From contig OX597827.1 of assembly GCA_951406725.2 (NCBI GenBank), positions 44,392,001-44,456,000 of the forward strand: DNA of 64,000 bases. The letters are read 5' to 3'. Under the pieces are notes generated by a model. The model saw only the letters and a list, made by a program, of their open reading frames with translations. It made no database searches and was not told the origin of the DNA. This document shows positions 42,671-56,174 of this stretch, piece by piece (positions within the stretch are counted from its first letter, which is position 1; each line of letters begins with the position of its first letter). The DNA comes from Octopus vulgaris. Taxonomy: Eukaryota. Both the position numbers and the translations under genes were made by a program.

Positions 42671-42726
<56 letters not shown>

Positions 42727-42727
42727 T
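42666..42727. repeat. (TAA)n microsatellite
   Basis: Direct inspection. Confidence 0.97.
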
Positions 42728-45700
42728 GTAAAAAATTCATTATTTCTTAATTAATTTCCAATGATCTGGTTATCAATATGAGTTTATTACAAAATAGAAC
42801 ACTCTGAGAGAACAGACAACAACTTTTTTTTTTTATCAAATATTTGAAGCTTTTGAAATTTAATTATCTATTAACTATCTTTGGCTTTCATTAAAAAATT
42901 AAATAAATAAATGAACAACAGTAATAATAACATAAAAAGGTAATAATATTTTTGGCTGTCTCTGTTCAAAACAGCAACAACACCTGGTACAGAAGATGGT
43001 AAAACTTTAATTGGAAATTAATAGAAATTAAAAAATTTAAGTATTCACTTGAGTGTGTTTGCGTGTACATAGATGTTTGTGTACAGACACACATGTATAT
43101 ATGTGTGAATGTATGTATGGCCTCAGCTGAAATTTTCATAACAGCCTGCAGAAAATTTCACAACTAGCAAAAATCTTAGTAGTTTATATATATATATATA
43201 ATGTAAATGAGATAATTTACGGACATAATTTCAATTTTGTTTTGAATGAAGATTATAACAGGAAGTAAAATTTATACTTGGAGATAATCTGGAGAAATAT
43301 TTCTGGAAATTCTTAAAATTTCAGAATTACTCAGAAATTACATAACAAAACAAGAAAATTAGAAAGAAATTGAATAAAATGTTATTAAGAGGCAAGGATA
43401 GGATACTATTTAATTTATTATTTCATTTCATTCCAAAACCAAAGTTAAGTTTCTACAAAGTTTAGTTCCTTAAGTGAATTTAATTGATGGGCTCACATAC
43501 ACCTACGAGGACTCGTACATGTTTAAGGGGATTGGCAATGGGACTGCATGGCATTCATCCATTTGCCATATTAAAGAATTGTAGAAATTGGATGGCCAAG
43601 ACCAGACGTAACCCTCTATTTTCCAGTACACATAGAACAATATCTGAAGTAGGCATAACAGAGAAGGAAATACATTCTGGAAATGAAATAAAATAATTTA
43701 TTTGATTTCACTAAGATTTGAACTCCTTATTTTGAAACTGTAAGTGGTCAGCTGTCTTGGTATTTATATAAACACCTTTCATGATGAGGAGGGTGATGAT
43801 GGTGCTCTTGAGAATTTCCTTTTTGACTGTTCAAAAGGGCCCTAATAACATTTTCATGGAAATGCTATTTATGTCTTTCCTCTCTAAAACATATGAGTAC
43901 CATATTTGAAGGCATATAAGATACACCTTTCCTCTCCTAAAACGTCTCAAAATATAAGCCGCGCCCCACCACAACTCAATATGCAAAGCTGGGTTTCCCA
44001 TAAGAGTTAATGCACAAAAGACATTCTTTTCTAGAATATGTGCTGGGGTGAGTCAAATATGCCTATGAATATTTTATACTGCCAAATACAGTTAAGTATA
44101 TGAGCACACATTAGCATACATACATTTGTGTTTACGGGTGCAGTTTTATGAAGGGAGATAGTGATATGAAACAGCGAGCTAACTCCTTTTCTCAGAGCAT
44201 AACTCTTTTAAGACTGAAACACAAATTTACCATGATCAATACTCTTGGCTGAACTTTTGACTTATACCACTCCCTGGAATTGCTGGCCTTGTGCCAAAAT
44301 GTGAAACCAATATTTATATCATTCGTTAGTATGTTAACAGATTTATTTATTATAAGTAAACTGAGCCAATTATAGAGGCTCTAGTTAGCTGCTTCATCTG
44401 TTACAGATAGCAACCAAATACTGCTATTGATCCAAAGCAACACACCACCAACATCATTATCAATGTGTTTGATCTCTATGCTGAGATGGGTTGAGCAGAT
44501 TTAATGTCAACTTTCTGTGGCTGTCTCTTATGATGCCTAGCAATACATGCATCCATCCTAAATGCCAGAATAGACATATGCAATATAAATATTCTAAGAA
44601 TTGGAATGGGAAATGCTATACAATAAAAAAAAATTGTAGTCAAAAACACTGTACAGGAACAGTTTAATCTACAGCAATGAAGAACTGTACCAAAATCCTT
44701 GCCACCACCTCCGTTATGGACCATCTATCATTAACTGAGAATTGGAATGAGGTAGGTAAAGAAATCTGCTCATGGAATTAGGAGAAAGGAAGGAGACTGA
44801 CAATCAGAAGGTTCCTTTTTCATGTTGCTGATGTTATTACAAGAATTTTCACACCAAAACTATTTACAAATTTCTGCTTGTATAAATATAAGCAAGCAGA
44901 CACTCAGTTATGTTATCTGATTGTACGTCCTCCTTTATCATCACCATCATCATTCCTGCATCTTGTTGCAGCTAATTGTTCTCTTGTCCAAAGACTTTCA
45001 TCATTCTATGGTGGCTGGGTAGTGTGGTATAGCAGTAAGTTCTTGGGGGAAAGAAAGAAAGAGACAGACAGAGAAAGGGACTGGTTCATGTAGTAGAGGA
45101 AAGAATCTAATTTCAAATGTCACAGCTTCCAAGTATATATAAAAATTGAAAGAAACTAAGAAAAATCAGTGAAGTGGCTAATGGTAGGAAGAAAAGGGAA
45201 GAAAATTGCCTGGGTGTGTTTCTGTGAAAGAGTGAGTGGGTGTATGGGAGAGCAGGTTTGTTAGTGTCTTGTCATCTGTCTGTATGCTCTACATGTGGAA
45301 GCTGAACCCCACTGTGTTTTCATGAGTGTTTGTATCTGCAAGAGCAGATCTTTTGGTATGAGTATGTGATGTTCAAGTGTGTATGAGAACCTGTGTTTGA
45401 GTGTTGGCTTTAAAATGTGATGGTGGGCGATGCATAGTAGTGAAACGCATGTGTAAGACATGATAAATTTAGATCAGTAAAAAGAACTTACAGTGATTCA
45501 CTAATACATTACATACAAAGTGGTTGAAAATAAAAGGGGAGAAAAAAAAAACGAGTGGTGAAGGTAAAAAGCAACTGAAAAGCAATTTTTGCAGCTTATT
45601 TTATATACAAAGGATTCAAAAGACGTCACTGATCACTTTTTTTCTTTCTTTTTTTTTTTTTTGGTTTCTAAAACTACTACAGAAATTGAGGTAGGAAAAA

Positions 45701-47730
45701 TTTTGCTTGCAATTGACAAAAATGACGACCACACAAATTGAAAATCATTTTTTTTTTTCTAACCACATCAAGCATTGTCACAAAAGATACAATATCAATT
45801 ACAAAAATTGCTAAAAACCAAAGGCTTGATGGCAGGGGATAGAAAAGATCAACCCCTCCTTATGAGAGGAGCAGTTGAATAAAGAGGGTGGTAAGTCAGG
45901 TTTGTAATTCAAAAGGAGTATCTTTAATATTAAAGTTTGCATTTCAAAACTGACAGTTCAGTTTTGTTTTTAAATTTCTTTAATTAATGTTTTAATTAAT
46001 TATGGAATTGTCCAAGTGGGTTGGTTTTTTTTAAACTTCAACACATTAAAAGAAGTAAAGAAATATTTCCCAATTAAATTTTCTCAACTAACTGACATAT
46101 TTATATCATGCATTTGATGAACCATAGTCTCACTGGTTAAAAACTTCCAACAGGATAATCACAGATTCACTGCATTTCCAGTGACAAGAGTGTGTCTTTG
46201 CAACGCGGGCAAAGTTAAACACCAAAAATGCACCATTGCATCAGTTTCCTCACTGGTAATGTGTACATGTTTTACCAATAAATATCAGTAAAAGAACACA
46301 CATATATACATACAAGAAGGAAGGTGACAGTGGCTTCGAAGTTTTTGCAAGCTAGCATTCGTTAGACAATCTAAAACTGTGAAGCCATGAAGTTAGCGAC
46401 TCTTCTTGTAAAAGTCTAAAAGTATACTCTACAAAAAAAAAAAAAAAAAAAGTACTGAATAATTTTTCAGCTTAATGTTAAATTTTTAGTATAACTTCAT
46501 ATCAAAACAAACAATATATATAAATGCGCATGAGCATGTATATATTATATATGGGGAGCTTCCTCATAGTTTGCGCCTGGTATTGAGCATTATTTTCTGT
46601 GCATTCACTTGCTTTTATATGAAAAACCTGAACAGTATTAGATGTAATAGTTATGTTACAGTATCCTTGTTATCAAAGTCTATATTTGTCAGTTCAAAAA
46701 TTACAGCAGATCTGTAAATGCTTTGGCAAAATTCAACAGAATGATGTTGATGTAAAATTTTAAAATTAACCTCCTCAACATTTTATTACACAAATAGAAT
46801 CAACGCTTTTCAACTTTGCCTAATTAGATGCGTCTCTCATTAGTTAATTAATTAATGCCATTTGCTTCCGGATAGTACCACATTCTCTCTAAGCTATATA
46901 CGAAGTGGCTGATTCAAGAGGGTAGTGATGCAAATGCAAATTAATGCTAATTAGTTGTACAGTGATCCTGCTGCTTACAGAGATAAGCTGTAGCTTTGAT
47001 GGCACTTGTGTTATAAAACAGAACTTGGTAGAGTGGATGAAACACGAGTTAAGATATCCTGGCCCATGATATCAATACCATATGGACTCAAGCCAACAAG
47101 GAATCCTCTACACAGTCACTCAACCAACATGAAATAAAAGCTAATTCTTCCTCAAATTACACCAGACTCTCTTATATAGGAATGACACAACGGATAACAT
47201 ATTCCAACGCCTGAAAATCAAAACAGGAGGATGGTGGCCACAGCTTGAAAAGCTTTGATGAAGGCCTTCTAGATTTGGTTTTTTTATAAAATTTTTTGCA
47301 GGGTCTGTAAAAAAGGGCAGTACACAAGGCCTTCATAGGCTCTCAGAGATTAGCACAAGCCCCCTCTCCACCACGTTCACCATATACAGTGACAGAATGG
47401 GTGATGAAATCAGGGAGAAAGGAGGCAAAAACTGCCTCAGTTGAGGTGGCATGAAACTAGTTCCAAGGCACAGAAACCATTACTATAGGCAGAAAAAAAA
47501 ATCAGAAAGATTGACAATACAGTGGGCTAAATGCTGGAACATGTCTGTGAGAGACTTTATACTAGTCCGTTGAGTAGACATTCTTTGGATGAAGTCTACA
47601 ATGTGCAGCAGCAGCAGCACTTTTACAAGCTTGAGGCCTAAACAATTATACAATGGACAAGGTCAAGTATGAGAGAGTTTAGTCTAGTGCAGTTATTACT
47701 GTTAGTGAGTCACTTCTCCCAATACAACCA

Positions 47731-47945
47731 ATGATTTTAATTTCAAAATTAATTATTGGAGGCAAGGGACCTAATGGTAGACCACAAGCAAAATGGTTAA
47801 ATTATATCCACAGACACAGTTGGTCACAATTAGGAATCCAGCAGCATGATGTAATGACAGTTGCTTTTGATAGAACCCCACTATGGAGGTGTCACTTGAG
47901 GATTCTATACCCACAACCCTCCCAGGAATAGCAGGCAGTGAAAAT
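47731..47945 (+). mobile_element. Degenerate RTE-like LINE 3' fragment
   Basis: IGGKGPNGRPQAKWLNYI...AFDR..WR resembles G.R.RGRP...W.D.I...A.DR..WR. Confidence 0.65.
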
Positions 47946-48014
47946 GGAACAACAGATTATTAACTGCTATTCATTATCATATATTTCTACTTAGTATTTT
48001 ATCATTCTTCCTGC

Positions 48015-48470
48015 TATTATTATCAAAGCAGAATTGTTAGTACATTGAGTAAAACGCTTAGTGATATTTCTTCTGATTCTCTAGATTCTGAGTTCAAATC
48101 TCACCAAGGTCAACTTTGCCTTTCATCCTTTCAGGTTCAATAAAACGAGTACTAGTCAAGAGCTGGGGGTCAATGTAATTGATTTGTCTCCTCCTCTCAA
48201 AATTACTGGCACTGCACCAAAATTACAAAGAATTATTATCAATATTTTATTATTAAGATGGCTAGCTGGCAGAATTGTTATTGTATTGGGCAATATATTT
48301 TGCAGTATTTCCTCCTGCTCTTTACATTCACTGTTCAAATCTTGCCATGGTTAACTTTGCCTTTCAACCTTGCAGGGTTGATGAAATAAAGACCAATGTA
48401 ATCGACCAGCTCCTACCCCTCAAAATTGCTGGTCTTGTGCAAAAATCTGAAATAATAATAATAATGATGA
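48015..48470 (+). mobile_element. Two tandem SINE family 1 copies
   Basis: Core CTTTGCCTTTCA occurs twice, with (TAA) tails. Confidence 0.8.
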
Positions 48471-49487
48471 TGATAATGGACTCTGCCACTGAAGATGACT
48501 TTTGCTGATCGACCTGCACAAAGGATTTGTTTATAGTGATCAAATGTAAGTGCTGTACATTACCTCACTCCTTCCATCAAATCAATGTTACCTGAACAGG
48601 TGCATGGTGTGTCAGGTGTCAGAGTGATTGCAGAGCATTGTGAAATGAAATGTCTTGCTCAAGAACATAATGCACCACCCAGTCTAGGAAATGAAACAAT
48701 GATCTTGCGATCATAAGCACAACACCTTAACCACAAGGCCATGCATCCTACTGGTTAGCATGTTATAATAATGATAATGGTGATGATAATTATTATTATT
48801 GTTATTATTACTATTATTACCAGTTTCACTGGACTGTAGCTGTGCTGAGGCACTACCTTTAGCAATACATTCGATTGCTTCAACCTCAAAATGAATCCAA
48901 ACTGTACCTGAACAGAGAATGTAAAAGTATGCATCCAAACAGCATGAAGTGTGTAGTGCAATGGCTCTACAAATTGTATTAGTCCTTTGGGGCTTTTGAT
49001 TAGATTCCTTTACATGAATATGTCAATGCAGTTAACATTTGTCTTCACATCTCTTAATTCTCACTAGGTCTTGTACAGTTAGCATCAAACATCAGAGCCA
49101 AAATGGTGTCTGAAACTGGTTCAAACAACCACAAAGGACTTCTCTCTCTCTCTCTCTCTCTTTTTTTTTTTTTAAATTTATATTTAAACTGTTTAACAAT
49201 CAAATTAAGAATAGTAATTTTTTATGTTTCAATTTAACAAGTATTTAAAGCTAAGCCTTCTAAATAAATAGAAAAAAAAGACAAAAATAAAGGGAGACAA
49301 ACTAAGAGGCTCTAATATCTAATATAAAAAGAAATACAGTGACTTACAAAGCCACAAATAATTTTATACAGGAAATAAAAATTCAAATAAATAAATAAAT
49401 AACACAGTACAGTTACAAATTAATATCAACACACGAAGAAAAGAGCACTGACAGACGATGGAGAATTATAGATAACAAACAACATAC

Positions 49488-49526
49488 CCATCACTGACTT
49501 CCCATTTATTGACGATGTCCAGTTTT
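49488..49526 (-). CDS. CtBP: Putative CtBP N-terminal microexon A, (x)NWTSSINGKSVM
   Basis: 39 nt, symmetric phase 1-1, open frame; tcctccttttcaaccttttag|...ATGG|gtatgt; 8 of 12 aligned residues identical to microexon B, with synonymous differences. Confidence 0.75.
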
Positions 49527-52500
49527 CTAAAAGGTTGAAAAGGAGGAAATGACAGTAACAGACTTGACAATATTTTTATAGTGATGATGATCTCAGACAG
49601 GGTTGTTATTTTTTTATAGTTTTTATTTTTATCCCTTTTTTTAAAAAAAAGTTAGTAAATGCTTTCCATCATCTTCCAACACCCCCCCCTTTTTAAAATT
49701 TTTTTTTACAGCAGCAGTCACAAAGAAATAGAAAATAACACCACATACATTTTTTTTTTTTTAAATATACAGTAAAATAAGACGCAAAGTAATGAAAATA
49801 GAGATCAGATTTATATAAGAAATTTTTAAACCTTCATCTATTGCGCTAAACCTACAACAGGGAACAATCTCCTATCCAGTAATTTGCAATTCTGCTCCAT
49901 CTCTTTAAAGAATGTTTACATGCATGTGTGTAAGAGACCAGAGAGATAGATAAAAAGACAGGTGTATGCGACTTTCACTTATTTACGATGGAATGTGTGC
50001 ATGTACACATGTGACAGGTATATTCCTACCTATACAGCTACCCACCAAAATAATTCTTGGTGTAAATCTCAGTTATATTTTTGTTGTGTCTTGGGAAGAG
50101 TCATTACGCCAATTTAATCTGCACATTAAAAAAACAGTTGATTAACCAATTTAAGAATAAAGAACTGAAACTGAACCTGTGCATGTGTTGTTATTATTAC
50201 TGACACAATGAATCCCCCAAGGCAATAAAATTTATTTCAACACATGAATTCACATCAAGAATCTTGCAAACCAAATACAACAATGAGGTCTGAGTTATGT
50301 TTTTTTTTTTTCTTTTCTTTTGCCTTTAAAACATAAGTTTGAACTATCAAAGAAACTCAAAACTGATAAGTTTTCTGAAAATCAATGCTTCTTTTTTTGT
50401 TTTCTTATATTTACAACAGTCTCCATCAAGAAATGACTTCAATGCAGATACTCCTCAATCTGCCAGCAATGGCAGCCAAAATCTCTCTCAAAACACACAC
50501 AAAGAAATGCGAGACAATGTAACTTCTAGATACACTGCTTGACAAAAACACGGGATCTTCAGAGGATTTAGTTGGAGCAAACCAATGACAACAAACAAGA
50601 ACATTTGCAAATATAACCAACCCATAAGACTTTCATTGTTCTCTGGTCATTGTTCAATGAAAAAACATCCTAAAAAACTATCGATTGACTATCTCTAAGG
50701 TGCTTCATATATATATATATATAAAAAAGAAAAAAAAACTATTGATTAATTGATTATCTGTAAGGTGCATCATAAAGAAAAATAGAATTTTTCACCCAGT
50801 ATTCTAGGTCTTTGTTTACTTAGTCAAAACATGATTGTTAATTTGACAAAACATGGCAGTATTGCCCACGTCAACCTGTAGCACTTGCTTCCATCAGGAG
50901 ACAAAAAAAATAAAAAATGGTGGGAAAACAATATCTAAAAATCAATGATTTTTCTATTCTCTACCCTCAAACTGAAATACATATTCAACCTTGACAAATA
51001 TACATTTGAACATTTTATATTTCAATAGATGTTCTGTTCATTTCCCAAGAGACAAATTCACTGAGTTATTTGTCAGTGTATCTCATAAGAAAGAGACAAA
51101 CAAGATGTGCACGTGTATGTGTGCATGTGCATCGTCTCTGTCACCATCCTTTTAATGTCCACTTATCATCCATCCTCACATGGGCCAAGATAAGATATTT
51201 TCAGGCAGATTTCCTACAGCCAGAAGCCCTTCCTGTCACTAACCATCACTTATTTCCAAGTAAGATATTTCCCTATGGCCAGATATATTTACATAAAAGA
51301 TTGGAAATGAAGGCCACTACTTACATGATAGTAACAATCATATAAAACTACCACCCAGTGTCAAGGCAAAGAGACAGTAACACACACACACACACACGAC
51401 ACATTTCTTTAAAGCCACACCTGCGCCTTACATAAAATACACATACACATACACAAGTAAAGCAAAATTAAATATTTCTTTCTCAATACTGAATGAAATA
51501 GAAAAACATTTGCACAACTTTACAAATATATCTATATAAGCTTGTCCGACAGACTTTAAAAAATTTGAAAACCACAATTGACACTCTCAAGAGATAAAGG
51601 AATTATTAATGACTGTCTCTATATTTTAGGTATGAAAGAAAGATTAGGAGGCCATCATACTTTTTCACAAAGGCTATAAGGTAACAAGTTGTCAAACAAG
51701 TGAAACTGAGAGCAACTGTGGGTTGAAACCATATCAAAAATTTACCTCATCATAAATGCAGCTCTTGTATTATAGCATTGATCAAATATGATATTGATTT
51801 CTTTTCATAAATTGAGAATTTTCTTTCAGAAAAGCCTTTTGTGCATGTATGCATGTGTGTGCTCACTGATCGTTACTTTATCAATTCCTCAAAGGTAAAA
51901 ATGATCTCAGAAAGATTTTGACGTAACAGCAAGTGAAACATCCCTACCACTCCTATCAGTTTAATATTACACTAACAGGCAGCAATTACACATGAATACA
52001 CATGTACAAACAAACAGGTCATGTTAACCATTTTGTTACGTTTCTAACACACTTACACACAGCCTGTGAGTTTTAATTTATTTGAAATGGAATATTTCGA
52101 GGATTTGTTAAAATAGCTGTCACGCTTGCTTCTATTTATTAATACACAAAGCTAGAGTTTAGAATACAGCTTATAAAAAAAATTCTTCCATGAAACTATA
52201 AAGAAACAGTTACTCACTAAAGTACTGAAGAGTCAAGTTATCATCTTCTGATAATGAGATTGTTAACAAGATTTTAATTTAAATATATAAATAGTTGACT
52301 GGCAAAATTTGTACAGCATCAGGCAGGCAAAATATCTCATGGTTACATTCTTTTTGTGTTCAGTTAAAATCCAACCCACCTCAGTGTTGCTTTTCATCCT
52401 TCTGATGTTGATAATATAAAAACCAGTTCACAAGAACTGGAGTTAAAACATAATTAACTACACCCTTGAAAGTGGTGCCCAATTATGGTTATGGTCCACT

Positions 52501-53252
52501 GGTTGGAAGCAGTAAAAGCCAGTAATGAATTCTGGAATTGCCACTGAGATGTGCTGATTCAAACAGAGCCCAACAAGGTGAACATAAAAAAAACTGTTTT
52601 TATTTCATTTATATCACCTACTCCATTGGGGAAATGTTTGACCAAGTCTCTGAAATACCACCAGATACAGGCCTATCTTGAATATGAATAAACCCTAAGT
52701 TGTAGCACAAATGAATTATAGTAAAAGAGAAAGAATATTGCAAACAGCTTCAAAAGAAATCCTTTACAATTCATCAAAGCCATGCTTCTCCACAAGTTGA
52801 AAGAGAAGAGAATAGTCGAAGAGAGCTGCAGAGTGTTTGATTTATTCCACAAAGAACGCCGCAAGTTTTCTCAAACAGATCTATTTAGAGACAGGGCCAG
52901 CCTTAAGCAATCTAAACTATTATCAAAAGCCTTCCAACAACAACCATCCTATCTAATTTGCAGACACAATATTTCTACAACTTCCAGAGTGTGATGAAGG
53001 AAATTTGGTTTCTATTTCTAAGAGAGTAAGTGACCATGTAGATGCTCCCTTGTTGTTTTGCATGTTAATTATTTGTACCTAAGGATATTGATTTTCTACT
53101 GAAATCATATGTATCAATTTATAATTCCATTCTTTCATGTCCGAGATTGAGATTACTTCAAATGCTGTTCACTGGTATCGTCTACGACAGCCATGGGTTG
53201 ACCAATGCCTTGTAACTCAAATTTGGTAAAGAGAAATGAGAAGAAACCTATC

Positions 53253-53286
<34 letters not shown>

Positions 53287-53291
53287 GAGAG

Positions 53292-53356
<65 letters not shown>
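53253..53356. repeat. (GA)n(GT)n compound microsatellite
   Basis: Direct inspection. Confidence 0.97.
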
Positions 53357-53360
<4 letters not shown>

Positions 53361-54767
53361 ATGGACGGGTGTGTGTTTCTGTCTTGATGCATGCAAACTG
53401 ATTGGGAACAAACCTTCTTGGGTAGTTCATTGTTCATTAAAATGCAGAATTATTACCCTGCATGGTAACAGACAAGGGTTAATTACAGGTAGGACATTTG
53501 GCCAAAGAAAATTCTGCCTCGATAAAATTATTTTAACTCTAACTTTCCCATGTATGAGAAAATGATTGCAGAAGCAATGAGGATGCAATGACGACGACGA
53601 TGATTCTTGTTTTTCGTTTTTTATGCCTCAACTGAGCTGAGCCAGTATTCCAGGCATGACCATCCCATCTTTTCCTCAGGTAAAATACACCTAAATATTA
53701 AATTATACAATGTCTTGCTTTCTTTTAGAAAACAGCAAGAGTGCAATTTCAAAGCTATTTTGCTGCTATTTCTAGTGATTCAGAAGATGCTCTATCATAC
53801 ATTAATTTCTACCATATGCACCAAGGTTATTGATTTTTATAGAAATCATTTCCTTTCTTTCCTACGTCATAGGAGACATTGAATATGACATTATGGAGGT
53901 GAGATACAAATTCAATTTAGAAATAGTACGTTTTAATAAATAGCCAATATGATTTTGGCATTTATTTAAAACACTGTTAAATTCAATTTAGATCTCACCA
54001 ACACACACACACATACAAATAGGTTGATAGTAACAAGTCCAGTTTTTATCTATTCAAAGAAGCAAATTAAAGAAATTAATAAATAAAAAGCAACTGTAAA
54101 GGTGCCTTGATCTGTGACTTGACCTTAACTGCCAAACCCCTTAAGCCTGTACAGTTAAGTAGTAGGCCAGTTAAAACTCTTATTGATTTGTGGATTCAGT
54201 GCCAGTGATGAGATACAAAGCATCTTCATTCCTTTGATAGACTGATTCCTTACTAACTCATCCAAGCACAATTCTTTTATCTTTAGTGGAACAGAGAGAG
54301 TGAGGAGAAAGAAAGAAAGGAATGAAGGGATAAACAGAAAGGGGAGAGCCCATAGGAGTGAGAGTGCACACACGTGTGTATGTGTGTGTGCATATACATG
54401 TGTGCACGTAAAATTAAATCCATACCATAAATCTCCCTAGTGTCCACTCTAACATACAGCTGAAACCATAGTAAAGAATTTAATTATAGAGTCTCTCTCC
54501 CTCTTTCTCTACATTGCTCATCACAACAAGCCAAGCTTCACATGGTTGCTCATTCTGCTAGACAGAGCAGTGAAATTTCCTCTCAAATCACACTATTCTT
54601 GAAAAAGAAAAACAAATGGATGATACAGTCATAAATCTATTTTACCCAAATGAAAGAAGCTGATCACAGCTGGAACATCTTTCGGTCACATATCCACTCA
54701 TTCAGGGCTGATCTACAGCTACAACATACTTCACCAAACATGAATGCAGTGAACACAACTGAGAGAT

Positions 54768-55006
54768 ATTCTTTTATTCTTATTTTAGTCATTTGACCGC
54801 AGTCATGCTGGAGCACTACCTCAGGGGTTTTAGTCGAACAAATCAACCCCAAGACATATTCTTTGTAAACCTAGTACTTATTCTATTGGTTTCTTTAGCC
54901 AAACTGGTATGGGGACATAAGCACACCAATTTCAGTTGTCAAACAACGGTGGGGGGGACAAACAGACACAAATACACAAATAAATAAATAAATATATTTT
55001 ATTATT

Positions 55007-55049
<43 letters not shown>

Positions 55050-55178
55050 CATATATCAGTCTACCAAATCCACTCACAAGGTTTTGGTCAGCCCAGGGCC
55101 ATAGTAGAAGACATTTATTTGCCTAAGATGCCATGCAGTGGGACTGAACCCAGAACCATGCAATTGAGAAGCAAGCTT
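54768..55178 (-). mobile_element. SINE family 2 copy
   Basis: Reverse complement of the 8607-8963 type. Confidence 0.8.
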
Positions 55179-56174
55179 AGATATTTTAAGATACTTTTAT
55201 TTTGGGATTGGCTATTGTTTCCTTTTCCTTTTATGCAAACTATTAAATTTAACCCAGAAAGCCTTGTATATCATTGTATATTCTCATCTAACATCTGTTT
55301 TCCATGCTGGCATGGGCTGGACTAGAAGATTCTTAAGGCCCAAAATTTTGTGGAATTTGGACAGATTGACAAGAAACTGACAAGCCAAAGAACTGCGCCA
55401 AGCTCTACTGCCAGCTTTGACATAGTTTCTACAGCTGGATGTCCTTCCTAACGACAACCACTTTACAGAGAGTACTAGATACTTTTTACATGGCACCAGC
55501 ACTGACAGACTCACTAAGTAATTTACAAGACAAAGACCAATCAACTAAAATGGAGAGGTGGCTTCATGTCTGATGATGAGAGATTAAACTATCACATCCA
55601 CACACACACACACACACGAAGTTGAAGTCTCACTACTCGATCCCACCACTACTCAATAACTGAACAGATCTCACTTGCATTGAGTACTTAAAATGATTAC
55701 ATATATACAGATATGCAAATATAACTTCTTACAATTCATTTCTCTGGAGCTTATTCTAATCATAAACATCAAATATGAATCTAATTTACTCAACTGGAGT
55801 GACATATTGGCTTGTAGTTAACTGATCATCAAAATTATCTGTGATCCTTGCATAATAAAGGATTAACTAATGCTGTTAGTAGGAAGCAACAATTGTTTAA
55901 AGCAATGTTTCCCAAACACTCTCAGGCAGCTGTCCCCTTGACACCCAGGCCACATTCCTACTGCCCTCACCCCAACTAACCATCGCAAACATAGACCTCT
56001 TTCTGAAGCAAATTGTATTTCATAAATTAAACTTAAACCTAATGAACCCAAGGTTTTTCTTCTAAATCTGGTTTGTGTTAGTAAAATGTCTTTTCTTCGA
56101 GGATGATATGAATTAACATTGCGTTTTTTTTTTAGCAAGATAAGGATGCTATTTCTTTGCTTCCAATTATATAA

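Noticed and set aside
44476-44570. MDACIARHHKRQPQKVD as a CtBP2-like KRQ NLS first exon
   Set aside because: No credible phase-1 donor before the stop; the similarity is too short.
50672-50775. Short imperfect local duplication (aaaaactat.gatt...taaggtgc.tcata)
   Set aside because: Short, adjacent to TA and A runs, consistent with ordinary slippage.
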